Below are positions 47,848-56,685 of a DNA stretch of 64,000 nt, piece by piece. The notes under the pieces are model-generated. The model was not told where the DNA came from. It saw only the letters and a list, made by a program, of their open reading frames with translations, and searched no databases. The first letter of the stretch is position 1; every line of letters starts with the position of its first letter. The position numbers were made by a program, and so were the translations under genes. The DNA lies in the NCBI GenBank assembly GCA_036835125.1, contig DAITMO010000001.1, forward strand, positions 255,508 to 319,507, given 5' to 3'. The DNA is from Patescibacteria group bacterium. GTDB taxonomy: Bacteria; Patescibacteriota; Microgenomatia; UBA8517.

Positions 47848-48788
47848 TGAGTCTATTTACGCAGTTAAGACATCTTTTTATTCCACACAAGAGCAATAAT
47901 CAGAAAGCAAAAATTCTGCATGCAAGCAGTCTTACTTTGATTTCGATAGGTTTAATTGCTTTTCAGTTGGTGTTGGGACTAACTGGAAAATCATTTCCAA
48001 GAGTTTTGGGATATGCTGCCAACATATCTCCTGAAGAAGTAGTTCGTCTTACTAATGTTGAAAGAGAAAAAAACGGACTTTCTTTACTAAGCCTTAATTC
48101 AACTCTTTCCCAGGCTGCAATTGCTAAGGGGAACGACATGCTTGCAAAAGGATACTGGGCGCATTTTGCTCCGGATGGGACTACGCCTTGGAGCTTTTTT
48201 TTGAGTTTTGGCTACAAGTATAAATATGCAGGGGAAAACCTAGCACGCGACTTTTCAGATGCCGGAAGTGCTGTTAGTGCTTGGATGAATTCACCAACTC
48301 ACAGGGAGAATATACTGAATTCCAATTATGAAGAAATTGGCATAGGAGTAGTTGAAGGAATTCTTTCAGGAGCTGATACAACAATAATTGTTCAGTTTTT
48401 TGGAACCCCACTAACGAACACTTCAGAAAATATTCCTGAGGCAAAAGCTCAGGAAACAACAACATTGGTAAAATCTGAAGCTACGACCTCATCAAAATCT
48501 GTGAGCAGTCCGACTCCAACACAAACACCAATTCCTACCCCAACCCCTCCAGTTGAAAAAACTGTTGAAGCAACTGGTTCATCAATAACCTTTGTTTCTC
48601 CATTTTCATCAACTAAAGGAATATCTCTTTTTGTAACAGGTGTGCTTCTAATGATTCTCTCGATTGATTTAATAATTGTTAAAAGAAATAGAATAATTAG
48701 AACTGGGGGTAAAACTCTTGCCCATATTGCTTTCTTGGGAATGATATTGGCTGTAATATTGATATTGAAGGCAGGTCAAATAATTTAA
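47847..48788 (+). CDS. CAP/SCP/PR-1-like domain protein with Pro/Thr-rich linker and C-terminal TM anchor
   Basis: CAP motifs are present (GYWAHFAPDG, GENLARDF, WMNSPTHRENIL). The linker reads TPTQTPIPTPTPP. Confidence 0.7.
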   Translation: MSLFTQLRHLFIPHKSNNQKAKILHASSLTLISIGLIAFQLVLGLTGKSFPRVLGYAANISPEEVVRLTNVEREKNGLSLLSLNSTLSQAAIAKGNDMLAKGYWAHFAPDGTTPWSFFLSFGYKYKYAGENLARDFSDAGSAVSAWMNSPTHRENILNSNYEEIGIGVVEGILSGADTTIIVQFFGTPLTNTSENIPEAKAQETTTLVKSEATTSSKSVSSPTPTQTPIPTPTPPVEKTVEATGSSITFVSPFSSTKGISLFVTGVLLMILSIDLIIVKRNRIIRTGGKTLAHIAFLGMILAVILILKAGQII

Positions 48789-48791
48789 GGC

Positions 48792-49052
48792 ATGAAATCA
48801 TTTTTAAAACATTTAAGTCACTACATGGTTCTTTTTGGCATACTTCTTGCGGGGTTTACTGGCCTTGTTCTTTTTTCCTATGACAAAGCTTTTCAAGTTG
48901 CAGTATCAGTTGCGCTTGTTGCTTCATATGTTTCTTGGGGAGTAACCCATCACTATTTGGATCGTGATTTACACCTTGAAACTGTTGTTGAGTATCTAGT
49001 TGTTGCAGTACTTGGCTTTGTAATAATCTTTTCCTTGATCATCCGTACTTAG
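48792..49052 (+). CDS. Small membrane protein (2 TM helices)
   Basis: An 86-aa hydrophobic ORF. Confidence 0.3.
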   Translation: MKSFLKHLSHYMVLFGILLAGFTGLVLFSYDKAFQVAVSVALVASYVSWGVTHHYLDRDLHLETVVEYLVVAVLGFVIIFSLIIRT

Positions 49053-49075
49053 TTTTGTTATACTTCTCTTACCGT

Positions 49076-49966
49076 ATGAAAAAGGTAACTAAAGCAGTCA
49101 TCCCGGCTGCAGGGTTTGGTACAAGGTTCTTGCCTCAGACTAAAGCCATGCCCAAAGAAATGCTTCCGATAGTTGATAAACCCGTCATTCAGTATGTAGT
49201 TGAAGAATTGGTTGATGCAGGAATAAAGGATATTGTTATTGTTACTGGATATCACAAAAGAACCATTGAGGATCATTTTGATTTTCCAAATCTTGATTTG
49301 ATTGAAAATCTTAAAATGGGTGGAGAAAAGAAAAAACCTCTATTGGAACAGGTTGAAAGAATTGCCAATATGGCGAATTTTGTTTATGTAAGACAAAAAG
49401 GGCCATATGGAAATGGCACTCCTCTTTTAAATGCCAGGGAAATTATTGGAGATGAGCCGTTTATTTATACATGGAGCGATGACTTTATTGTTGCTTCTCC
49501 TTCAAGATTTAAACAGTTAATTACTGCCTATGAAAAGTACGGATATAGCTGTATGTCTGGTATCAAGGCAAATAAAGATGAAGATTATGATAGGTATGGT
49601 TTTGTGGGGGGAAAGTCTTTGGAAGAAGGAATAATTGACGCAGAAGTTGTTGTCGAAAAACCTGGAAAAGAAAATGCACCGAGTGATTTGGCAACTGTTT
49701 CAGGATTCTTGTTTACTCCTGACATTTTTGGTTATTTGGATAAAGCAATGAATAAGCTTACAGATGGACAAGAATTTTATTACAATGATGCACTAAAACT
49801 TATGCTTGAGGATGGGAAACATGTTTTGGGAGTTGAAATTAAAGATGGAAAATACTATGACACAGGCAATAAGCTTGAGTATTTAAAGACTGTTGTTGAA
49901 TTTGCTCTCAAACATCCAGACATGAATGGAAAATTTAGAGAATATCTAAAGACTCTCGATCTTTAA
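49076..49966 (+). CDS. galU: UTP--glucose-1-phosphate uridylyltransferase
   Basis: KAVIPAAGFGTRFLPQTKAMPKEMLPIVDKPVIQYVVEE aligns almost colinearly with E. coli GalU. The VEKP motif is present. Confidence 0.85.
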   Translation: MKKVTKAVIPAAGFGTRFLPQTKAMPKEMLPIVDKPVIQYVVEELVDAGIKDIVIVTGYHKRTIEDHFDFPNLDLIENLKMGGEKKKPLLEQVERIANMANFVYVRQKGPYGNGTPLLNAREIIGDEPFIYTWSDDFIVASPSRFKQLITAYEKYGYSCMSGIKANKDEDYDRYGFVGGKSLEEGIIDAEVVVEKPGKENAPSDLATVSGFLFTPDIFGYLDKAMNKLTDGQEFYYNDALKLMLEDGKHVLGVEIKDGKYYDTGNKLEYLKTVVEFALKHPDMNGKFREYLKTLDL

Positions 49967-49968
49967 TT

Positions 49969-51897
49969 ATGAAACTACTTGTAACAGGTGCAGCAGGGTT
50001 TATTGGTGCAAACTTCGTACACTATTGGCTTGAGAAATATCCAAATGATGAGGTTCGTGTAATTGATGCTCTCACATATGCTGGAAATATTGAAAACTTA
50101 AAGCCAGTAATTGATAAGGTTAAGTTTTTTGAGGCAGATATTAATGATAGAGGAAAAGTCTCAGAGGCAATGCGTGGAGTTGACGCTGTAATTCATTTTG
50201 CTGCAGAAAGCCATGTGGATAGAAGCATTTTTGACCCTTCTAGGTACTGGCAAACAAATGTACATGGAACAATTGTTCTTCTTGAAGAGGCAAAAAAACT
50301 TGGAATAAATCGTTTCCACCATATTTCAACAGATGAAGTCTATGGTGAACTTCCTTTGGATACAGACGAAAAATTCAGTGAGAAGACTCCATATGCTCCT
50401 CGTCCTGATAATCTTTATGCATTAAGTAAAGCAGAAGCAGATAAAGTGGTTTTAGATTTTTATAAAAATACTGATATGTATATTACAATTTCTAATTGTT
50501 CAAATAATTACGGTCCATATCAATTTCCTGAGAAATTTATACCAATCGTTGTAACTAATCTTATCGATGGAATTAAGGTTCCAATTCACGGGGATGGAAG
50601 AAATGTTAGAGACTGGATTCATGCAAAAGACCATGCCTCAGCAATTGATTTAATTCTAAATAAAGGAAAGAAGGGGGAAACGTATCTGGTTGGCTCAAAT
50701 AATGACAGAGACAATGCATATATTGCAGAGAAGGTGGTTTCTCTTTATGGGGCTGATGAAAGTGTGATAAGGCACGTTCCTGATAGACACAGCAATGACA
50801 GAAGGTATGCGATTGATGCTACAAAGATTATTGAGGAACTTGGATGGAAACCTGAGATAGGGAGAGATAATTTTGATGATGGATTAAACGAGACAATCAA
50901 ATGGTATAAAGATAACCAGGATTGGTGGAGACCTCTTTTAAAGAGAAAAGCGTTAATTACAGATGATGAAAAATCAATTAGTGCGTTTATTACCCTAGAT
51001 AGGGAAACTGGGAAAACAAAATTTATTTTTGGAAAGCTTGAAGATCAGGATAAAATAAAACTTCCAGAAAGCGATTTGAAAGAACATTTCGTAGAAGAAA
51101 ACCTGGTTCGCTATGAAATTGTGCTAAAAGGATTGGAAGCTAAAAAATGGTACCAAGAAAGTTCTGAGACAGTGAAGGATGAAATTAAGTCACTTGCCAT
51201 GAATCCTTCAACTTTTGGATATGTTGAGGATTTGTCTTCAAGAGAGGACAGTATAAATGGGGACAAAATTTTAAAACTAACAAAAGTAGTACACGGTGAG
51301 CCTGAGTTTGGAATATATGGTATTGCAAGCTGGTTTGAAGTTGAGAATAGTGAAGGTCAAAAGAGAATGGAAGGTTATTATTCTTGGGGATGGGGTCCAA
51401 AATCTGGCGCAAAACTATTAGTTCTTATAAGAAGAGGGGGGGAAATTACTCATCTTGCATTTGAGAGAGAAGTTAAATTCCCAACAGGTAATATTGTTTA
51501 TAATCTTGCGGGTGGATTTCCAAAATTAAACGAAAGTGTTCTTAATTTCATAATTAGGTCACTCAAAAAGGATTTGGACTTGGATATTAAAGATGGAGAT
51601 ATTACATTAAATGAAATAGTGAGTCTTGGGCGAGTAATTCCAGATTCAGGTATGACAAATAATCATCCAAACCTTTATGCAGTAATATTGGATTTTGAAG
51701 ATACAAAGTTTCCTGATGTGAAGGTTGGTGACATATTTGAAAAAGAAGAGGGAATTGTTCTTTGGCCTGTAAATGAAATTTCTGAAATTGTAAGTAAGTG
51801 TGATGATTCCTATTTCCTATCCGCAATGGCAAGACTGACATTGTCAGGAATTTATACTGTAAACTTTTCAATGAACGGGAAGGCATCAAAAGACTAA
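49969..51897 (+). CDS. dTDP/UDP-glucose 4,6-dehydratase (RfbB/RmlB-like) fused to a C-terminal domain of about 300 aa of unknown function
   Basis: The N-terminal 330 aa read TGAAGFIGANF ... YALSK ... like an RmlB SDR. The ORF continues in frame for about 300 aa more. That extension contains a G-x5-E-x7-R segment resembling a degenerate Nudix box. Confidence 0.8.
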   Translation: MKLLVTGAAGFIGANFVHYWLEKYPNDEVRVIDALTYAGNIENLKPVIDKVKFFEADINDRGKVSEAMRGVDAVIHFAAESHVDRSIFDPSRYWQTNVHGTIVLLEEAKKLGINRFHHISTDEVYGELPLDTDEKFSEKTPYAPRPDNLYALSKAEADKVVLDFYKNTDMYITISNCSNNYGPYQFPEKFIPIVVTNLIDGIKVPIHGDGRNVRDWIHAKDHASAIDLILNKGKKGETYLVGSNNDRDNAYIAEKVVSLYGADESVIRHVPDRHSNDRRYAIDATKIIEELGWKPEIGRDNFDDGLNETIKWYKDNQDWWRPLLKRKALITDDEKSISAFITLDRETGKTKFIFGKLEDQDKIKLPESDLKEHFVEENLVRYEIVLKGLEAKKWYQESSETVKDEIKSLAMNPSTFGYVEDLSSREDSINGDKILKLTKVVHGEPEFGIYGIASWFEVENSEGQKRMEGYYSWGWGPKSGAKLLVLIRRGGEITHLAFEREVKFPTGNIVYNLAGGFPKLNESVLNFIIRSLKKDLDLDIKDGDITLNEIVSLGRVIPDSGMTNNHPNLYAVILDFEDTKFPDVKVGDIFEKEEGIVLWPVNEISEIVSKCDDSYFLSAMARLTLSGIYTVNFSMNGKASKD

Positions 51898-51905
51898 TAT
51901 AAAAA

Positions 51906-52478
51906 ATGACTGATGAAAATTCAAATATAATTAAGACTTCAATTGAAGGAGTTGTATTAATTCAAAGACCTATCCATGGGGACGCTAGAGGATTTGTCCA
52001 TGAGCCTTATAACAAGAAAGAGCTTGAGGAGGCAACAGGTATAGAGTTTAATCCTGTTCAGTGGACACATGCATATGTGAGGCCTGGAGTAATAAAAGCA
52101 GTCCATTCAGAGAATTGGAATAAACTAATTTATCCTATTACGGGAATCTTATATGCTCCAATTGTTGATTTAAGGCCCGACTCTCCCACCTTTGGAAAGG
52201 TTGAATATATAACAATTGATAACACAAAGGAAGACAGTAAAAGACAGGCACTTTTCCTTCCAAAAGGTGGAATTGGAAACTCAGTATGTGTTTTGGGAAC
52301 TGAGATGATGCACTATTTCTATTTGATTGATGAGTATTGGGACGACTCAAAAGCCCAGGGAGTTGCTTGGAATGATCCAGACCTCAATATCAAGTGGCCT
52401 ATTGAAAACCCAATTCTTTCAGAGCGTGACCAGAATAATCCAAGTTTGAGGGAATTGTTCCCTGAAAAATTTAAATGA
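51906..52478 (+). CDS. rmlC: dTDP-4-dehydrorhamnose 3,5-epimerase-like (RmlC cupin)
   Basis: The cupin pattern IEGVVLIQRPIHGDARGFVHEPY matches the RmlC family. The protein is 190 aa. Confidence 0.75.
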   Translation: MTDENSNIIKTSIEGVVLIQRPIHGDARGFVHEPYNKKELEEATGIEFNPVQWTHAYVRPGVIKAVHSENWNKLIYPITGILYAPIVDLRPDSPTFGKVEYITIDNTKEDSKRQALFLPKGGIGNSVCVLGTEMMHYFYLIDEYWDDSKAQGVAWNDPDLNIKWPIENPILSERDQNNPSLRELFPEKFK

Positions 52479-53374
52479 AAAGATTACTGATAATTGGCGC
52501 TAGTGGAATGGTTGCTTCCAGAGTTATCGATTTGATGAAGGATAAATATGAGATTACTCCTTCTGACGAAAAAACACTTGATATAACCAATAGAGAATCA
52601 GTCAATTCTTATTTTGAAACAAATAAATTTGATTGTGTTATTAACTTTGCAGCTTTTACAAATGTTGATGGGGCAGAAAAAGAAAGAGGAGATGAGAATG
52701 GAATTGTTTGGAAGCTTAACGTTGAAGCACCTAAATCTTTAGCAATAAAATGTTTAGAAAAAAATATTTTTCTAATTCATATCTCTACAGATTTTGTGTT
52801 TTCAGGAAATAAAGAAAATCCAGGACCATATAGTGAAGAGTCCCAACTTTCTGAAAGTAGCGAGGGAATTGGTTGGTATGGCTGGACAAAAAATAGAGCT
52901 GAAAAAGTAGTTACTGAGTCAGGTTGTCGAAATGCAATTGTCAGATATGGATATCCTTTCCGTGCAGCAGAATTTGAAATGAAAAAAGATTGGGCAAGAA
53001 ATTTGATCAGTTTATATAATGAACAAAAACTATATCCACTGTTCACAGATCAAATTCAAAGTGTGATTTTTATCGATGATATTGTTTTACCTTTAGGGAA
53101 AATCATTGATGAAGAGCTTCAGGGTATTTTTCATTTAGTGTCAGAAAACACAACAACTCCTTATGAAATAGGGTCATATTTGCTTTCAAAATATGCGGGT
53201 AAAGATGTTGAACTGGAAAAGGGATCAATTATCGAATTTTTGAAAGCTCCTGGAAGAACTCCCAGACCTGTATTTGGAGGTCTTACAACAAGGACAACTG
53301 AAGAGAAGCTTGGAATGGAGTTTAAAAGTTGGCGCGAAATGGTTGATGAATTTATCTCTCAATTAAAGTCCTGA
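52475..53374 (+). CDS. rmlD: dTDP-4-dehydrorhamnose reductase-like (RmlD)
   Basis: The SDR Rossmann motif reads LIIGASGMV. The length and operon position fit RmlD. Confidence 0.7.
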   Translation: MKRLLIIGASGMVASRVIDLMKDKYEITPSDEKTLDITNRESVNSYFETNKFDCVINFAAFTNVDGAEKERGDENGIVWKLNVEAPKSLAIKCLEKNIFLIHISTDFVFSGNKENPGPYSEESQLSESSEGIGWYGWTKNRAEKVVTESGCRNAIVRYGYPFRAAEFEMKKDWARNLISLYNEQKLYPLFTDQIQSVIFIDDIVLPLGKIIDEELQGIFHLVSENTTTPYEIGSYLLSKYAGKDVELEKGSIIEFLKAPGRTPRPVFGGLTTRTTEEKLGMEFKSWREMVDEFISQLKS

Positions 53375-54016
53375 TTTTTTATTTCTCCATTCTTTTATAT
53401 CTTTATGGTTACCTGAAAGAAGTACTTTTGGGACACTCCATTTTTTAGCTATTCCTGCTTTATAGATTTCTGGTCTTGTATATTGGGGATATTCTAAATA
53501 TCCTGGTTCTTTGTGGGACTCATCAACTGAGCTTTCATCTTTCCCCAAAACTCCTGGAATGAGTCTTATGATTGAATCAGTTAGTACCATTGCAGGTATT
53601 TCTCCGCCTGTTAATACATAGTCTCCAATTGAGATTACTTCATCTACCAAATGTTCATGAACTCTATGATCCACCCCCTCATAGTGTCCTGCAATAAAAA
53701 TTAGATGTTTTTCTTTTGAGAGTTGTTGAGCTTTTTGTTGATCAAATTTTTTCCCTGTAGCATCAAGAAGAATTACCTTGGATCCTCTTTTTTTGATAGC
53801 TTTTAGGGTTTTATGAATAATGTCTACTCTCAAAACCATACCAACCCCACCGCCATATGGCCTATCATCTACATTTTTACGCTCTGTTTCACCCCAATCT
53901 CTTAAATTGTGGACTTTTACCTGAATTAATTTTTTACTTTCTGCACGCTTGATAATTGAAGCATCAAACGGACCTTTAAACATGTCTGGAAAAAGGGTAA
54001 TGATATCAATTTTCAT
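53363..54016 (-). CDS. trmD: tRNA (guanine37-N1)-methyltransferase
   Basis: MKIDIITLFPDMF ... GGGVGMV ... GHYEGVDHRV matches TrmD (SPOUT). Confidence 0.9.
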   Translation of the reverse strand: MKIDIITLFPDMFKGPFDASIIKRAESKKLIQVKVHNLRDWGETERKNVDDRPYGGGVGMVLRVDIIHKTLKAIKKRGSKVILLDATGKKFDQQKAQQLSKEKHLIFIAGHYEGVDHRVHEHLVDEVISIGDYVLTGGEIPAMVLTDSIIRLIPGVLGKDESSVDESHKEPGYLEYPQYTRPEIYKAGIAKKWSVPKVLLSGNHKDIKEWRNKKSGL

Positions 54017-54038
54017 AACTGTATTGTATCATTTAATT

Positions 54039-55187
54039 ATGAACAAGGTTGTTATAGTCATGCCTGCGTGGAACGAGGCAGAAAACATCAAAGAAATGAT
54101 TGATGTATTAATAAATTCTGAGTTTCCAAAGATTAATGCTGAAATGCACCTTCTAATTGTAGACAATCATTCAGAAGATGGAACGGAAAAGTTGGTAGAA
54201 GAAGCTTCAAAGAAATATGGAAATGTTCACATAATTCAACAGGATAAACCTGGTCTTGGTTGGGCATATGTCAGAGGTTTTCAGTATGCAATTAGTAAAT
54301 TAAATGCAGATGCCGTAATGGAAATGGATGCAGATTTCCAGCATCCTCCACGATTTGTTAAACCAATGGTGGAGGCATATCTTGGGGGAGCTACATACTG
54401 TATAGGTAGCCGCTACATTAAAGGTGGATCTGTTCCAAAAAGTTGGGCGATGAGCCGTAAAGCAGTGAGCTTTTTTGGGAATTTGTTTATTAGAACAGTT
54501 TTGTTGAATTTTAAGATACATGACCTTACTACTGGTTTTAGACTTATGAAGGTTGATGGAGTTTTAAATAAAATTGAACTTGAAAAACTTCATGATTTAA
54601 ATAGATTTGCTTATAAAGTTGATCTTTTATATCAATGTCTAAAAAACTCTAAGAAGACTGTTGAGGTTCCTTTGGAGTTTGCAAGCAGGACAAAAGATAA
54701 ATCTAAATTTAATTGGAAAGAAATGGTTGCCACATTTAAACTGGCAATCATTTTAGGAATAAAGGACAAGGCAAGATTTATTAAGTTCGGAGTGGTTGGT
54801 GGTACAGGATTCATTGTTAATTATGTTGGTTTAGAGCTTTTGAAGAGATTTGGCCTTTCTACATATTTTGCAACACTAGCTGCAACTGAATTGGCAATCA
54901 TCTCAAACTTTGTTTTGAATAACATCTGGACATTTAAAGACAAAATAATTACATCAGTCAAAGATCTCATTGTCCAATTTGTGAAGTTTAATGTTTCCTC
55001 TTTGTTTGCTGTTATAGTTCAACCTTTGATAGTGAGCGGTGCTTCTAGATGGCTTGGAGATACTTCTTTGGTTCGTCTTGGAGCACTTGTTTTTGCATTA
55101 GTCTTTGTAATTATTCCTTATAATTACACTGTCTATAATTTGTTTATCTGGAAAACATGGAAGCTTGGTGGGAAGAAAAAAGACTAA
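54039..55187 (+). CDS. GT2 glycosyltransferase (polyprenyl-phosphate sugar synthase-like) fused to a GtrA-like membrane domain
   Basis: The N-terminal GT-A fold reads VVIVMPAWNE, with the DxD motif in EMDADFQ. The C-terminal 120 aa have 4 TM helices in a GtrA-like pattern. The start was chosen at MNKVV just after the trmD start. Confidence 0.75.
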   Translation: MNKVVIVMPAWNEAENIKEMIDVLINSEFPKINAEMHLLIVDNHSEDGTEKLVEEASKKYGNVHIIQQDKPGLGWAYVRGFQYAISKLNADAVMEMDADFQHPPRFVKPMVEAYLGGATYCIGSRYIKGGSVPKSWAMSRKAVSFFGNLFIRTVLLNFKIHDLTTGFRLMKVDGVLNKIELEKLHDLNRFAYKVDLLYQCLKNSKKTVEVPLEFASRTKDKSKFNWKEMVATFKLAIILGIKDKARFIKFGVVGGTGFIVNYVGLELLKRFGLSTYFATLAATELAIISNFVLNNIWTFKDKIITSVKDLIVQFVKFNVSSLFAVIVQPLIVSGASRWLGDTSLVRLGALVFALVFVIIPYNYTVYNLFIWKTWKLGGKKKD

Positions 55188-55537
55188 GCAGCAACTCCTG
55201 TGTCTTGATAGATTATTCCTGAGGGAACTTCAATTTGGATAGCTTTTGTTTCAATTGCTGGAATATCTATAGCTATCTTCTCAACATCTACTTCTGGATG
55301 CATCATTTCTGAATATGACTGCACTTCTTGAGCTGCATATCTAATTCTAAAAGTACCGTTATAACCAGGAGTAGTGATTTTATGTGAATCGGGAGTGTTT
55401 ACATCTTCATCTTTTGTGCCACCGCAGCCTGAACAGACATCTCTTGGAGGAAAGTGTTTCTCATCACAATGGGGACATTGATCTCCTTCTAGTTTATATC
55501 TTTCATCGTTTGTTCTCCAAAATCTTGGAACTTCCAT
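55184..55537 (-). CDS. DUF35-like rubredoxin-type zinc-ribbon protein
   Basis: PRFWRTNDERYKLEGDQCPHCDEKHFPPRDVCSGCGG matches the DUF35_N consensus (RFW....G.L.G..C..CG...FPPR..CP.CG). The C-terminal 70 aa may be a reduced OB fold. Confidence 0.45.
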   Translation of the reverse strand: MEVPRFWRTNDERYKLEGDQCPHCDEKHFPPRDVCSGCGGTKDEDVNTPDSHKITTPGYNGTFRIRYAAQEVQSYSEMMHPEVDVEKIAIDIPAIETKAIQIEVPSGIIYQDTGVAA

Positions 55538-55581
55538 TGTACATAGTTAGTCTTGGATTGTTTCAAAAACCCATGGAGTTT

Positions 55582-55624
55582 AGAGAAATGAAAAGCCCCT
55601 AAGTGGTACAGAATGCTTAGGGGC
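55582..55624 (-). terminator. Intrinsic terminator downstream of the radical SAM gene
   Basis: On the minus strand, a 9-bp perfect stem GCCCCTAAG/CTTAGGGGC with a 12-nt loop is followed by TTTTCATTTC. Confidence 0.5.
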
Positions 55625-55630
55625 GATATT

Positions 55631-56554
55631 TTAGCCGGGTGTTCTATGACATTGATGACAAGCTGAATTTGTCCATCCACCAATTTTACCATCGGCATGT
55701 AATACATAAACACTTCGTGTTTCGCGTAGATTTTGATCTGGTCGCTGAATTCTTGCAAATAAAGAAGTTGCGAGGCATGATCTTTTCAACAATATTGTTA
55801 AACCATTTTTTGAAATATAATTGGCTTCACATTTATCGTTCATAATCAGATCAATGAAATCTTTTCCAAGAACATTGTCGAGTGAAACAAACTTAGTTTT
55901 TAAGTCTTCTGCACTACCATACAATTGCAGTTCTGCGAATTTTATACTCCCCACTCCAATCGATTTGGCAAAGTTCATCATGTTTTCGAATGTACCTGGG
56001 CTTTCAACACCTCCGAGTTGAAGAACACAGTTAATTCGAATTTTCTTTCCAGAGATTATATTGACTGTTTCCAGCAGGTTTTCGTAATTCAAACTAACTC
56101 CGACGATGTCTTTGTTCTTTTCTAGGTTCCCAGAATGAATTGAAATATTGACACCGTCGAAATATTGGGCTATTTGTTGAGTGAGACTGTTTTTGCCCAA
56201 AAAGGATCCATTGGTTGTTAGATATGTTTGTTTTCCAATACTTTTTGCGTGTTTTGCGAGAGTAATAAGTCTTTTTGGATGTATTGTTGGTTCACCGCCA
56301 AGGAACAAAACATCTTGGAAATTACCAGCAATTGAATCCATAGAAAGAATCATTGCTTCTGTTGAAGCGTCTTTCAATTTTTTGACGATTCTTTGTGGAC
56401 ACATCTCACAATGACCATTACAGTCAGATGTAGTTTCAACATCAAGTGATGACGGAAAACTATTTACCTCACAACCATTGAAACGTGTAACGTGTCCGAT
56501 GGGAAAAATGATATCTACTAACAATCCTTCCGATAATTCTTGCAACTCTTTCAT
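55631..56554 (-). CDS. Radical SAM enzyme of unassigned subclass
   Basis: The CX3CX2C motif reads CNGHCEMC. The GGE motif reads FLGGEPT. TTNGSFL follows, then a ribose/TIM-barrel-like progression. The start was chosen at MKEL, which has a GGAGG SD 5 nt upstream. Confidence 0.8.
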   Translation of the reverse strand: MKELQELSEGLLVDIIFPIGHVTRFNGCEVNSFPSSLDVETTSDCNGHCEMCPQRIVKKLKDASTEAMILSMDSIAGNFQDVLFLGGEPTIHPKRLITLAKHAKSIGKQTYLTTNGSFLGKNSLTQQIAQYFDGVNISIHSGNLEKNKDIVGVSLNYENLLETVNIISGKKIRINCVLQLGGVESPGTFENMMNFAKSIGVGSIKFAELQLYGSAEDLKTKFVSLDNVLGKDFIDLIMNDKCEANYISKNGLTILLKRSCLATSLFARIQRPDQNLRETRSVYVLHADGKIGGWTNSACHQCHRTPG

Positions 56555-56685
56555 TATTGCCTCCATTTGAAATATTGACTGATTATGTAGAAATTTATGT
56601 AAAAGGGCTATAGAAATCCAACTGCCTGGAGTATATTCCAATTTTGATTGAATGTACAGTAATTATTTTTTATAAATTATCGACA

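Noticed and set aside
55631-56554. Possibility that the radical SAM protein is a prokaryotic viperin (pVip) defence enzyme
   Set aside because: Only generic radical SAM motifs are shared. The viperin-specific CNYKCGFC context, the extended C-terminal nucleotide-binding region with terminal Trp, and the usual kinase neighbour are absent.
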